Positions 20,092 through 29,659 are shown, counted from the first letter of the stretch. The stretch: 64,000 bases of DNA from Flavobacteriales bacterium (GCA_022402535.1 JAKRSD010000023.1:30741-94740), one strand, 5' to 3'. Notes: a model not told the origin generated them from the sequence alone. Program-made: numbers and translations.

Positions 20092-20756
20092 TTGGGGAAT
20101 ATAACCGCACCTTGATTTGTTATATTCAGCATTCCGTTTTCATCAAAATAATTTTCAATTGTATCGCCTTCGTGTATGTTGAGCCATAAGGTAGGAATAC
20201 CCGCCTGAACCGCTCCACGTACATTGTGCTCGGTATCTTCAATAAAAAGCGTTTCCGATGCATTCAGATTATTATCAAGCAGAACCAGATCAAAAATTTC
20301 TTTTTCGGGTTTACGGAAACCGGTTTCGTTGGAATAATAGACTTCTTCAAAAAAGGATGTAAAATCTTCCACCCCGTTGTTATATTTTAAATCCGCAAGA
20401 AACTGACGGATATGAATTTCGTTGGTGTTGCTTAGTAAATAAATCCGATACTGTTGTTTTACCTTCAAAAGCAGTTCCAACCGGTTTGAAGGGAATTGCC
20501 CCAAAATGGCATTCCAAGCCTTCAAAATATCTGTTTCGGACACGGAGGGCATTTTCTTTTTGAGTTCGAACAAAAATTCGCCTCCACTGATTTCGCCTCT
20601 TTCCAATTGATCGAACAAAGGCTGTTGGGCCTGTTGAGAATACATTTGGGCGGCATCGGAAACACCCAGTTCCTCAAAGGCACGGATTACCACCTGGTAA
20701 TCTACGGGGAGCAACACGCCCCCTAAGTCAAATATGATATTTCGAATCGTATTCAT
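20085..20756 (-). CDS. HAD-superfamily hydrolase (subfamily IA)
   Basis: IIFDLGGVL motif I with the catalytic Asp pair, and LLSNTN motif II. Typical HAD length. Confidence 0.75.
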   Translation of the reverse strand: MNTIRNIIFDLGGVLLPVDYQVVIRAFEELGVSDAAQMYSQQAQQPLFDQLERGEISGGEFLFELKKKMPSVSETDILKAWNAILGQFPSNRLELLLKVKQQYRIYLLSNTNEIHIRQFLADLKYNNGVEDFTSFFEEVYYSNETGFRKPEKEIFDLVLLDNNLNASETLFIEDTEHNVRGAVQAGIPTLWLNIHEGDTIENYFDENGMLNITNQGAVIFPNQ

Positions 20757-20792
20757 GGGCTAAAGATAAAATTTCTCTCTTCCTTTGTAGGC

Positions 20793-21407
20793 ATGTTTGA
20801 AAACCGGTTGAACATTACGCCCGAAGAAATTCACCATTTTTTTGAAGCCTGCCGGCTTACCCGAAAAAAGTGGTACCGCGAAATTCCGGATACCGAACAC
20901 CTTGTGTATGCTTATTTTGTCATCACCCGAAGAATGATTCAACCCGCGGCTTACGAGGTTTCTGAAACCGAATCCTGCCTGGCAGCTTTTCTTCCTGCGG
21001 AGGTCATTCACGAATATCACGAGTTAAAAACAGCCCTTTCGCAGGGCGGCGATTTAAAAAAGTACCACACCCAAAACTCACGTATCCTATATCCCGTGGA
21101 TGGTTTGCTGGAAGATTGGAACATTAACCATCTGCATCTGCAGAAAGGAAAATACCAGGTGTATTTTGTGGTGGAAGAAAATCGGATTTTGATGTTGAAA
21201 GTCGTGAAACATTTTGCCCGGCATCACACCTCCTATTCTAAAACCAAATTGCTGGAAATATGGGAAAATCATCGGGGCGAAAAACCGGTGAAGAACCCGT
21301 TGAACGTAAAATATCTCAATGACCCACGCATCAGTCCCCAATACCCGAGTGCTTTCGGATGGTACATGACCGACCTTTGGAAGGAGAAAAACGCGATATA
21401 CAAATAA
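20793..21407 (+). CDS. Hypothetical protein (204 aa)
   Basis: Clean ATG ORF with codon usage like its neighbours. No recognised domain. Confidence 0.55.
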   Translation: MFENRLNITPEEIHHFFEACRLTRKKWYREIPDTEHLVYAYFVITRRMIQPAAYEVSETESCLAAFLPAEVIHEYHELKTALSQGGDLKKYHTQNSRILYPVDGLLEDWNINHLHLQKGKYQVYFVVEENRILMLKVVKHFARHHTSYSKTKLLEIWENHRGEKPVKNPLNVKYLNDPRISPQYPSAFGWYMTDLWKEKNAIYK

Positions 21408-21527
21408 CTGTCATTCTGGCATTTACGCATAATTTAAGAAGTTCCTAATTTCATTTTGGCAATACCGTACCAAAAACTTACTTTTGCGCCCTTATAAAAT
21501 TTGTTACTCAACAACAGCACGTTAATT

Positions 21528-23810
21528 ATGGAACAATTTATTATTTATTTGCCGGCAGTATTGGCCGTGTTAGGTTTGGTTTACATGGCGATACAATCTG
21601 CCTGGGTAAACAAGCAAAACGCCGGGGATGCCAAAATGCAGTCCATTGCCAAAAGCATTCAGGAGGGCGCCATGGCATTTTTGAAAGCAGAGTACAAAAT
21701 CCTGTTGATTTTCGTAGTGATTGCTGCGATTGCTCTGTTTGCCGTATCTCAGGTAGTGGAAACCACACACTGGATTATTGTAGTGGCCTTTGTTTTTGGA
21801 GCCATCTTTTCCGCACTGGCCGGTAATATCGGTATGCGCATTGCCACCAAAGCCAACGTAAGAACCACAGAAGCCGCTAAAACCAGTCTTCCCCAGGCCT
21901 TGAAAGTTTCTTTCGGCGGAGGAACAGTAATGGGATTGGGCGTTGCCGGTCTTGCCGTACTCGGATTAAGCATCTTTTTCCTTTTATTTCTGAATATGTT
22001 TGTTGGAAAGGGCGGTTCCTTTTACAATGAAATGACCATTGCGCTGGAAGCCTTAGCCGGTTTCTCCCTGGGTGCCGAATCCATTGCCCTATTTGCCCGT
22101 GTGGGCGGCGGTATTTATACCAAAGCTGCAGACGTAGGCGCTGACCTCGTGGGTAAGGTAGAGGCGGGAATCCCTGAAGATGACCCCCGTAACCCCGCCA
22201 CCATTGCCGATAACGTGGGCGACAACGTGGGCGATGTGGCCGGTATGGGTGCAGACTTATTCGGTTCTTACGTGGCCACCGTATTGGCCTCCATGGTATT
22301 AGGAAACTATATTGTGAAAGATATGACCGATGTTTCGGGAACTCAATTCACGGATGCATTCAACGGAATGGGACCGATACTGCTTCCTATTCTTATTGCG
22401 GGGGTAGGTATTCTTGCCTCCATCATCGGTACGTTCTTTGTGAAAATTAAAAACAACGAAGCTAAAGAAGCCCAGGTTCAGCAGGCGCTGAACATCGGAA
22501 ACTACGTTTCATTGGCGCTTACCGTAGCGGCCTGTTGGTTTTTGATTCAATATATGTTGCCCGAAACCATGACCATGAAATTCTTTGGAGAAGGCTACAA
22601 ATCCGTATCCAACACCAATGTATTTTTCGCCACATTAGTAGGTTTGGCTGTGGGGTGGTTAATTTCAGCCTTCACGGAATATTATACCGCATTGGGTAAA
22701 AAACCGGTGTTGAACATCGTAAAAAACTCATCTACCGGAGCCGCCACCAATATCATCGCCGGTTTGTCAACTGGAATGATTTCTACTTTCTCTTCCGTAA
22801 TTCTTTTTGCTGCTGCCATCTGGGGTTCTTATGAACTGGCCGGATTTTATGGGGTAGCCATTGCCGCTTCTGCCATGATGGCCACCACGGCCATGCAGTT
22901 GGCTATCGATGCATTCGGACCTATTGCAGATAATGCCGGTGGTATCGCCGAAATGAGCGAATTGCCTAAAGAAGTGCGTCAAAGAACCGACGTATTAGAC
23001 TCTGTGGGTAACACTACGGCAGCCGTAGGTAAAGGATTTGCCATCGCTTCCGCGGCACTTACGGCTTTGGCCTTATTTGCAGCGTATGTAACATTCACCG
23101 GTATTGACGGAATCAACATTTTCAAAGCCGATGTATTGGCCGCCTTATTTATCGGGGGAATGATTCCGGTGGTATTTTCGGCCCTTGCCATGCAGTCGGT
23201 AGGAAAAGCCGCTATGGACATGGTGAACGAAGTACGTCGTCAGTTCCGCGAAATTCCTGGCATTATGGAAGGAACCGGCAAACCGGAGTACGGAAAATGT
23301 GTGGATATTTCTACCAAAGCCGCCCTTCGCGAAATGATGCTTCCGGGTGCCATTACCATTATTACACCCATCATCATCGGATTCATTATGGGTCCTGAAG
23401 CGTTGGGAGCTTACATGGCGGGTGTTGCCGTATCGGGTGTACTTTGGGCTATTTTCCAAAACAATGCCGGTGGTGCCTGGGATAATGCTAAAAAATCGTT
23501 TGAAGCAGGCGTAATGATCAACGGAGAAATGACCTATAAAGGTTCGGATGCCCACAAAGCAGCCGTAACGGGTGACACTGTGGGTGACCCATTCAAAGAT
23601 ACTTCCGGTCCGTCTATGAATATCCTCATTAAACTTACCTGTCTGGTAGGTCTGGTGATTGCACCGATTTTAGGGGAAATTTATACAGGCACTTCACACG
23701 AAACCGTTCAGGTGCAAAAAGAAGTGGTGATTACCGTAGATGAAAACGGAACGGAAACCCGCACCGAAACTTCATCGGTAGAGGGGGAAACCGAAACCAC
23801 TGCTGAATAA
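21528..23810 (+). CDS. hppA: Membrane-bound proton-translocating pyrophosphatase (H+-PPase)
   Basis: [20 protein letters not shown] and [21 protein letters not shown] signature motifs. 15-16 TM helices. Start at the ATG at 21528 (the ORF-track start is an upstream TTG). Unusual acidic Thr/Glu-rich C-terminal tail. Confidence 0.9.
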   Translation: MEQFIIYLPAVLAVLGLVYMAIQSAWVNKQNAGDAKMQSIAKSIQEGAMAFLKAEYKILLIFVVIAAIALFAVSQVVETTHWIIVVAFVFGAIFSALAGNIGMRIATKANVRTTEAAKTSLPQALKVSFGGGTVMGLGVAGLAVLGLSIFFLLFLNMFVGKGGSFYNEMTIALEALAGFSLGAESIALFARVGGGIYTKAADVGADLVGKVEAGIPEDDPRNPATIADNVGDNVGDVAGMGADLFGSYVATVLASMVLGNYIVKDMTDVSGTQFTDAFNGMGPILLPILIAGVGILASIIGTFFVKIKNNEAKEAQVQQALNIGNYVSLALTVAACWFLIQYMLPETMTMKFFGEGYKSVSNTNVFFATLVGLAVGWLISAFTEYYTALGKKPVLNIVKNSSTGAATNIIAGLSTGMISTFSSVILFAAAIWGSYELAGFYGVAIAASAMMATTAMQLAIDAFGPIADNAGGIAEMSELPKEVRQRTDVLDSVGNTTAAVGKGFAIASAALTALALFAAYVTFTGIDGINIFKADVLAALFIGGMIPVVFSALAMQSVGKAAMDMVNEVRRQFREIPGIMEGTGKPEYGKCVDISTKAALREMMLPGAITIITPIIIGFIMGPEALGAYMAGVAVSGVLWAIFQNNAGGAWDNAKKSFEAGVMINGEMTYKGSDAHKAAVTGDTVGDPFKDTSGPSMNILIKLTCLVGLVIAPILGEIYTGTSHETVQVQKEVVITVDENGTETRTETSSVEGETETTAE

Positions 23811-23830
23811 ATAAATAGATTTAAATATCT

Positions 23831-23866
23831 GAAAAGGCTGCCCAATCGGGTGGCCTTTTTTTGTGG
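23831..23866 (+). terminator. Rho-independent terminator (AGGCUGCCC-AAUC-GGGUGGCCU plus U-run), copy 1 of 3
   Basis: 9-bp stem containing two G-U wobble pairs, formable only in plus-strand RNA, followed by TTTTTTT. Directly after the hppA stop. Confidence 0.7.
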
Positions 23867-23999
23867 TTTTATTACGCGAAAAATCTGTAATTCATAGTAT
23901 TCCTATGGTTGTTTTTTCACAAACCATTTTCTGTACCATGCAATAAAAAATTTGCATACGTGAAATGTTTTTTTTTTTTTGTAAAAACATTAATGTCAT

Positions 24000-24230
24000 A
24001 TGAAAAAATTAATCATTATTTCCTTTACGGCTTTATTATCCTTATTCTCATTTCTATCTCCGATAAAATTAAATGCCGTACCCGGTGGTGCATGGACTTA
24101 TAATGTGATAGCCATAGACGGTTGCTACAAAAAATTTGCCTGCACCAAACCGGTAGCTCATCCCAACTGCGTTAAGGGACATGAAACAGGATGGGTTTGT
24201 ACCTGCGAACCGTGGAATTGTAACAAATAA
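24000..24230 (+). CDS. Small secreted cysteine-rich peptide (76-aa precursor; 6 Cys in about 50-aa mature region)
   Basis: Hydrophobic signal peptide (MKKLIIISFTALLSLFSFLSPIKLNA), then C-x5-C-x8-C-x9-C-x-C-x4-C. Preceded by a T13 homopolymer tract at 23967..23979. Confidence 0.5.
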   Translation: MKKLIIISFTALLSLFSFLSPIKLNAVPGGAWTYNVIAIDGCYKKFACTKPVAHPNCVKGHETGWVCTCEPWNCNK

Positions 24231-24254
24231 TATCTTTATCTAAAGCAATATCTT

Positions 24255-25391
24255 ATGAAAACAATCAAATGGGTTATACCCTCATTTTTGCTGCTTACTT
24301 TTGCCTGTACGCCTGAAAAAAAACATTCCACAGTAAAAGCCTATTTAAATCACCTTTCTACTGAAGATAAAAAGTTATCCATACAGGTGGTAAAAAATGA
24401 TCCTTTACCCTCATTTTCGCCTCAAACCGGCATGTATGTTCAAATGAGCAAAACGGCTCCTGGCAGCCTTGATTTTTACAATGGAGATGATTTTTCAGTC
24501 AAGAAGTTTGACTTATTAACCGGAAGAGAGTTGAATTACATTTCATTTTCGTTACAGGAAACCACCAAACAAAAATCAGGGTATTGCTTTAAGTCTGACG
24601 ACCAAACCTACATATGGCACACGGGCGAAAATAAGTTGTATCTTTTTAATCAGACAGGAGCCTTAATAAAAACGGAAACGCTTACGCTAAGCTTAAACGG
24701 TGAATCCTATTTTTTATCAGCATCTGCCAATTCCTCGGCACAATTTGATGCCCTTTCAAACACCGTAATTTTGCCGGTATATCCAACGGAAGGAGCTGAT
24801 GGTAAAACACTGTATGAAGTGCCCAGATTTGTGTCGTACAACCTCACGAACGGGAAAACCCAATTCATACCGATTAAGTTACCGAAAGAATACTCAACGG
24901 GTAAAACTTATGGCATGCTGGATGTTCCATACACGGCAATGGATAATGGCAGTTTTTATGCTATATTCCCCTTAGTGGCTACGGTATTTGAATATAACAT
25001 TGCTTCGGGTCAGTTAAATTCCGTTCCACTTTCATTACCTGTTTCACTTGCGTATCCATCAGCCGTTAAAGAAGGACGAGATTTTATGGATCAAAGTGAA
25101 AACGAATACCGCACTAACCGCATTACCGGATTTGCCGTTAATCAGGGTAAAATATACATTCAACAGACCGAAGGCTGGGACGAAACATTGGAGTCCAAAT
25201 TATTTACGGAAAACACCGTATTGCATGCTTTCAGCAGAAACGGCACATACCTCGGCGGAGGGCAATTCCCCGAAGATGTATTTGGCAGTCTGGGTGTTTT
25301 TTATCTGAAATACACCCAAAACAATGAATTGTATTTCACTTCGTTCGATAGCAAGAATTCTAAACGACTGATTGCGATAAAGACCAAATAA
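24255..25391 (+). CDS. Hypothetical lipoprotein (378 aa; beta-rich, possibly beta-propeller-like)
   Basis: Lipoprotein signal (MKTIKWVIPSFLLLTFAC). No catalytic motifs recognised. Followed by terminator copy 2. Confidence 0.6.
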   Translation: MKTIKWVIPSFLLLTFACTPEKKHSTVKAYLNHLSTEDKKLSIQVVKNDPLPSFSPQTGMYVQMSKTAPGSLDFYNGDDFSVKKFDLLTGRELNYISFSLQETTKQKSGYCFKSDDQTYIWHTGENKLYLFNQTGALIKTETLTLSLNGESYFLSASANSSAQFDALSNTVILPVYPTEGADGKTLYEVPRFVSYNLTNGKTQFIPIKLPKEYSTGKTYGMLDVPYTAMDNGSFYAIFPLVATVFEYNIASGQLNSVPLSLPVSLAYPSAVKEGRDFMDQSENEYRTNRITGFAVNQGKIYIQQTEGWDETLESKLFTENTVLHAFSRNGTYLGGGQFPEDVFGSLGVFYLKYTQNNELYFTSFDSKNSKRLIAIKTK

Positions 25392-25449
25392 GGTTTTAAT
25401 AACATTACTCAATTGAAAATTGTGTCGTAATCATACTCCATACATGACA

Positions 25450-25486
25450 TGTAAAAGGCTGCCAAAACGGGTGGCCTTTTTGTTTT
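25450..25486 (+). terminator. Rho-independent terminator, copy 2 of 3 (variant loop)
   Basis: AAAAGGCTGCCAAAACGGGTGGCCTTTTTGTTTTTT. Same stem as 23831..23866. Confidence 0.65.
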
Positions 25487-25597
25487 TTACATGACTAATA
25501 CTATCAAATATTTGACATTTTCCAGAGTTACAGACTGCTCGAAATCTATATTTAAAAATCGTAAATTCGCAGAAGTTTAATGAACTGAAACATCATT

Positions 25598-25747
25598 ATG
25601 AATAACACTGAAATAAAAATAGAGCGAAGGAATAAAATCGTTGAAGGGCTGAAAATTGCCTATAAAAGGCTGATTGAGGAAAAACGAAAAAACAACAGAA
25701 TGATAGTCATCAGCAGAAATGGAGAAATAATCGAGATTAAACCTTAA
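25598..25747 (+). CDS. Small ORF (49 aa, MNNTEIKIERRNKIVEGLKIAYKRLIEEKRKNNRMIVISRNGEIIEIKP), below the ORF-track length cutoff
   Basis: ATG..TAA ORF read directly from the sequence. Flanked upstream and downstream by copies of the terminator hairpin, with the downstream copy immediately after its stop. Confidence 0.35.
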   Translation: MNNTEIKIERRNKIVEGLKIAYKRLIEEKRKNNRMIVISRNGEIIEIKP

Positions 25748-25761
25748 TACAAGTTTATTAA

Positions 25762-25798
25762 TAGAAAAGGCTGCCCAATCGGGTGGCCTTTTTGTTTT
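25762..25798 (+). terminator. Rho-independent terminator, copy 3 of 3
   Basis: AAAAGGCTGCCCAATCGGGTGGCCTTTTTGTTTTT, identical stem-loop to copy 1. Confidence 0.65.
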
Positions 25799-25803
25799 TA
25801 GTA

Positions 25804-26841
25804 TTATCCTTTACGCAGCATATCGGCCTTATACAGGCGTGCTACTTCGCGCAGGGTTTCTTCAAACGGAGTGTACGAAAAATCTATATGCTGAAACAGT
25901 TTGGAGTTGTCGTAATAGCTTTTCAGATTGGCCGTTTTGGCCGTTTCGGGGGTGATGAGCGGTTCCCCTCCCGTTATTTTTGACTTAATCGTTTCCGCGA
26001 TTGCCGCCACTTTTAAAAGGGTATTCCCCGCTTTCAGGTAAGGTTTTTTACTGCCTAACATATCGGCCATTTGCTCAAAAGCCTCTTTCAAGGGAATATT
26101 TTGCGACGAAAGAATAAATCGTTCGTGTTTTATGCCGGCAGATTCCAACTGCAATATAGCCCTTACGGCATCCCGCACATCTACCCAACCGTTCACGCCC
26201 GAGGTGTAAAAAGGCTGTCCCTGGGCAATGGAATGTACCACACGTCCCGTGCCCGAATGCCAATCTCCATATCCGATAATCAAGGCCGGATTCACCACCA
26301 ACACATCAAGCCCTTCTTCCGCACCGCGCCATACTTCGCGTTCTCCCGCCTGTTTGGTGATGGCATAATGGGTATTTTCGGGGGCATTTTTCCAGGGTGT
26401 TTTTTCCGAAATAAATCCGTCTTCTTCGGCGTGGCCGAGCGCCGTCACTGAGCTTACATGCACCAGCCTTGATACACCCGTATGCAAAGCCGCATTCACC
26501 ACATTGGCCGTACCCTGCACATTGATGGCTTCCAGTTTGGGATGATGTTTTTTTTCAAACGAAATGTAGCCGGCAAGATGAAAAATTTTATCTACGCCCT
26601 GCATGGCGTTTTCCAGCGAATAGTAATCGGTTACATCGCCCGTAAGCCATTCGATTTGATTCAGCGATTCGGCAGGATTGGGAAGATACGCATGAAATAC
26701 TTTTTCCACGGTTTGGGCCGATGAACGCTCACGGCGTATGGCTTTTACACGGTATCCCTGTGAAACAAGCTCCCGGAGCAGATGCGCCCCCAACAGACCG
26801 GTTCCTCCGGTAACTAATATGGTTTGGTTTTCATTGGGCAT
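25804..26841 (-). CDS. NAD(P)-dependent epimerase/dehydratase (extended SDR; cinnamoyl-CoA/dihydroflavonol reductase-like)
   Basis: N-terminal Rossmann motif ILVTGGTGLLGAHLLRELVSQGYRV and a YxxxK catalytic region. Start overlaps the prsW stop by 1 nt. Confidence 0.8.
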   Translation of the reverse strand: MPNENQTILVTGGTGLLGAHLLRELVSQGYRVKAIRRERSSAQTVEKVFHAYLPNPAESLNQIEWLTGDVTDYYSLENAMQGVDKIFHLAGYISFEKKHHPKLEAINVQGTANVVNAALHTGVSRLVHVSSVTALGHAEEDGFISEKTPWKNAPENTHYAITKQAGEREVWRGAEEGLDVLVVNPALIIGYGDWHSGTGRVVHSIAQGQPFYTSGVNGWVDVRDAVRAILQLESAGIKHERFILSSQNIPLKEAFEQMADMLGSKKPYLKAGNTLLKVAAIAETIKSKITGGEPLITPETAKTANLKSYYDNSKLFQHIDFSYTPFEETLREVARLYKADMLRKG

Positions 26842-27542
26842 TACACTTGCATTTTGTTGGCCGGATTAAACGGCGAATTTTTCCTATGCAAATGTATGGC
26901 TCTTAAGGAAAGTACCACTCCGATAAGTAAAGAAAGTAAGGCCCCGATCACCATAAGTGGAATCTGTTCTGCCGAAAACAACGCAAAATCATAAAAACCA
27001 TGCATAAACACGGCACCAAAAAGTCCTATGAATTTCAGCCCGGTGGAATTGTTTTTGAATTTGGCCAATCCCATAAAATACCCCATAATCACCCCAAAAG
27101 TAACATGCGCCGGAACCGCCGTAAACATACGCAATACAGCCACAGACATGCCTCCCTGTAAAACGTACAGGATGTTTTCCAATGTGGCAAAACCCAGGGA
27201 AACCATTACGGCATAGGTTATTCCGTCGTAAGGCTCATCAAAGGCTTTTTTTCGGTAGGCGTAGGCATCCACGAATACGAATTTCCATCCTTCTTCAAAC
27301 AAAGCCACTATGATGAATGCCGTCACAAAATGTCCCCACAATCCGGAAAGGTATGGGCCTAACACTTCCTGCAGAGCAATCCCGGTAAAAGCTGCCGGGA
27401 ATGCGGATAATGCGCCCAACAAAAAGGAAATCATCAATAGTTTGAGTGGTTCTCTGTCAAATTTATCGCGCCAATAAATGAATACACCCAAGGCCAAACA
27501 GGGCGCCACCGCCAAACCCAGACTGATAAGCAGGTAAATCAT
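26841..27542 (-). CDS. PrsW-family intramembrane glutamic protease
   Basis: EEGWKF (EExxK) motif, FxxxH and HGFYDF motifs in a multi-TM scaffold. Confidence 0.75.
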   Translation of the reverse strand: MIYLLISLGLAVAPCLALGVFIYWRDKFDREPLKLLMISFLLGALSAFPAAFTGIALQEVLGPYLSGLWGHFVTAFIIVALFEEGWKFVFVDAYAYRKKAFDEPYDGITYAVMVSLGFATLENILYVLQGGMSVAVLRMFTAVPAHVTFGVIMGYFMGLAKFKNNSTGLKFIGLFGAVFMHGFYDFALFSAEQIPLMVIGALLSLLIGVVLSLRAIHLHRKNSPFNPANKMQV

Positions 27543-27578
27543 ATGTGCAAATTAGATGGACAAAGTAAGAATTATTAT

Positions 27579-27615
27579 AGTATTTGGTATTGAGTATTAA
27601 GTATTGAGTATTGAG
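27579..27615 (-). repeat. Inverted array of about 5 AGTATYR heptamers (reverse complement of the CAATACT family)
   Basis: AGTATTTGGTATTGAGTATTAAGTATTGAGTATTGAG is the reverse complement of the heptamers in 28201..28299 and 14992..15012. Confidence 0.8.
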
Positions 27616-27697
27616 ACTATGTGACTGAAGTTAACCATTTCTTGAAAAACAAAATCAACCCAAAAAACCTAAGAACATAAAAACATTCAAACAAATA

Positions 27698-27887
27698 CCT
27701 GCCTATCCCCTATTGCCTATTCCCTTTTGCCTATTGCCTATTCCCTTTTGCCTATTCCCTTTTGCCTATTGCCTATTCCCTATTGCCTATTCCCTTTTGC
27801 CTATTCCCTTTTGCCTATTGCCTATTGCCTATTCCCTTTTGCCTATTGCCTATTGCCTATTCCCCATTGCCTTCCCCTATTGCCTAT
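27698..27887 (+). repeat. Tandem heptamer array of about 27 units alternating TGCCTAT and TCCCTTT
   Basis: Direct reading: TGCCTATTCCCTTTTGCCTATTGCCTATTCCCTTT... for about 190 bp. The ORF-track proteins MPIPFCLLPIPF... are translations of this repeat. Confidence 0.9.
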
Positions 27888-27918
27888 ATTTTTTTACATT
27901 TACGGCAAACGAAGATTC

Positions 27919-28161
27919 ATGCGCATCATTGCAACCATACCGCACCCCAAGGTGAAAATTTCGGTCTTTCAGATGAATAATAAATACCTGCTGAAAATGG
28001 AAGCCGGGCCTTACGAGCAGACCTATAAAATTTACGAAGATGAAATCCAATCCATGGAGCAGCTGCAAGCCCTGTGCAACGAAGATTTTATGAATACTGT
28101 CATCAAACGATTTGAAGCTATGCACAGTGATTTTGAATCCAGCCTGAAACAAATAGTTTAA
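27919..28161 (+). CDS. Small hypothetical protein (80 aa; MRIIATIPHPKVKISVFQMNNKYLLKMEAGPYEQ...)
   Basis: ATG-initiated non-repetitive portion of ORF 27727..28161, located between the two heptamer arrays. Confidence 0.4.
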   Translation: MRIIATIPHPKVKISVFQMNNKYLLKMEAGPYEQTYKIYEDEIQSMEQLQALCNEDFMNTVIKRFEAMHSDFESSLKQIV

Positions 28162-28200
28162 TTTGGCAATTTGAAAATTTGAAAATGATAAAATTGTCTT

Positions 28201-28299
28201 GATACTTGATACTCAATACTTGATACTATTTCCTGATACTCAATACCAAATACTCAATACTTTTTTCCTGATACTTGATACTCAATACTTGATACTATT
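28201..28299 (+). repeat. Tandem array of about 14 YRATACT heptamers (TGATACT/CAATACT) abutting the thiolase start codon
   Basis: TGATACTTGATACTCAATACTTGATACTATTTCCTGATACTCAATACCAAATACTCAATACTTTTTTCCTGATACTTGATACTCAATACTTGATACT, ending 3 nt before the ATG at 28303. Confidence 0.9.
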
Positions 28300-28302
28300 C
28301 AT

Positions 28303-29508
28303 ATGAACGCCTACATTTACGATGCCATCCGCACCCCGCGCGGAAAAGGAAAAAAAGACGGAAGTCTGCACGAAGTGCGCCCCGTGAGTTTACTTTCGGG
28401 ATTATTAAAAGAAATCCCCCATCGAAACGGTCTTTCGGCCGATAAACTGGAGGATGTGATCATGGGCTGCGTAACCCAGGTGCGCGACCAGAGTGGCGAC
28501 ATTGCCATGGCGGCCGCCATTGATGCCGGATATCCCGATTCTGCCAGTGCCGTTACCCTCAACCGCTTTTGCGGTTCTGGATTAGAAGCCGTTAATCAGG
28601 CCGCAGCGTTGGTAAATTCCGGTCAGGCCGGGTTTGCCGTGGCAGGCGGAGTGGAAAGCATGAGCCGCAATGCCTTGGGTTCCGATGGAGCCTTTACGCT
28701 CATTGATCCGCTCATGATTACTTCGCACCGTATGATTCCACAGGGCGTTTCCGCCGATCTGATTGCCTCCAAATACGGATATTCCCGTGCCGATTTAGAT
28801 GCTTTTTCGGCAGAATCACACCGCCGTGCGGCACAGGCCTGGACCGAAAACCGCTTTGCCAAAGGCATTGTGCCCGTACGCGACAACAATGGCAAAATCA
28901 TCCTCGACCGCGATGAAACCATCCGCCCCGAAACCACGGTGGAAAAACTCGCCGAACTCAAACCCAGTTTTGAAATGCAGGCCAAAATGGCCGGTTTCGA
29001 CAGCATGGCGCTGCAGCGTTATCCCGAAGTGGAAGAACTCAACTATTTTCACCATGCCGGCAACTCGTCCGGTATTGTAGACGGAGCCGCTGCCGTGCTC
29101 ATAGGAACCAAAGAAGCCGGAGAAGCCGCAGGCATCAAACCCCGTGCCCGTATCCGCTCATTTGCCGTGGTGGGCACCGAACATGTCATCATGCTCACCG
29201 GTCCTTATCCGGCCTCGCAAAAAGCCCTCAAACATGCCGGTATGACTTTCGCCGATATAGACCTGTTTGAAGTAAACGAAGCTTTTGCCGTGGTGCCCAT
29301 GCTCTTTATGGATCAGGCAGGTGTAAGTGCCGACCGCGTAAACGTGAACGGAGGCGCCATCGCCATGGGTCACCCGCTCGGGGCCACAGGTGCCATTTTG
29401 CTCGGCACTGTGCTCGACGAACTCGAACGTACAGGTAAATCCACCGGATTGGTAACCCTCTGCATCGGCGGGGGAATGGGAATCGCCACGGTAATTGAAA
29501 GGGTGTAA
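28303..29508 (+). CDS. Acetyl-CoA C-acyltransferase (3-ketoacyl-CoA thiolase, FadA/FadI-like)
   Basis: [11 protein letters not shown] active-site Cys region, NEAFA, and C-terminal GHPLGATGA and CIGGGMG motifs. Confidence 0.9.
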   Translation: MNAYIYDAIRTPRGKGKKDGSLHEVRPVSLLSGLLKEIPHRNGLSADKLEDVIMGCVTQVRDQSGDIAMAAAIDAGYPDSASAVTLNRFCGSGLEAVNQAAALVNSGQAGFAVAGGVESMSRNALGSDGAFTLIDPLMITSHRMIPQGVSADLIASKYGYSRADLDAFSAESHRRAAQAWTENRFAKGIVPVRDNNGKIILDRDETIRPETTVEKLAELKPSFEMQAKMAGFDSMALQRYPEVEELNYFHHAGNSSGIVDGAAAVLIGTKEAGEAAGIKPRARIRSFAVVGTEHVIMLTGPYPASQKALKHAGMTFADIDLFEVNEAFAVVPMLFMDQAGVSADRVNVNGGAIAMGHPLGATGAILLGTVLDELERTGKSTGLVTLCIGGGMGIATVIERV

Positions 29509-29515
29509 AAACAGA

Positions 29516-29650
29516 ACAAGGATGAAAGAACAAAGATTAAGGACTACGTCTGTTTTTCATCCTTGTCCTTTGATCAAAAAATAGATAAATAGAGTAGAAA
29601 CCGGAGTATCAGGAAAAGAATCTTTCATCCTTGTTCCTTGCTCCTTAATC
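29516..29650. repeat. Inverted-repeat/hairpin-rich intergenic element between the thiolase and dehydrogenase genes (AAGGATGAAAGA motif x3)
   Basis: ACAAGGATGAAAGA (29516..29529) pairs with TTTCATCCTTGT (29557..29568) and with TCTTTCATCCTTGT (29619..29632). GATTAAGGAC (29535..29544) pairs with CTCCTTAATC (29641..29650). Confidence 0.6.
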
Positions 29651-29659
29651 CAAAATAAC

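Noticed and set aside
23811-24000. Bacteroidetes sigma-A promoter (TTTG at -33, TAnnTTTG at -7) upstream of hppA and of the Cys-rich peptide gene
   Set aside because: Candidate TTTG and TA-rich elements exist, but the spacing and consensus did not match convincingly on manual inspection. Not reported as features.
27713-27980. ORF-track proteins MPIPFCLLPIPF.../MPIAYSLLPIPF... (three overlapping frames)
   Set aside because: They are translations of the TGCCTAT/TCCCTTT heptamer array. Low-complexity in all three frames with no independent start-site support. Only the non-repetitive 3' part (27919..28161) was kept as a possible gene.
27575-28302. CRISPR array interpretation of the heptamer repeats
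   Set aside because: Units are 7 bp with no unique spacers between them. These are satellite-like tandem repeats, not repeat-spacer architecture, and no cas genes are nearby.
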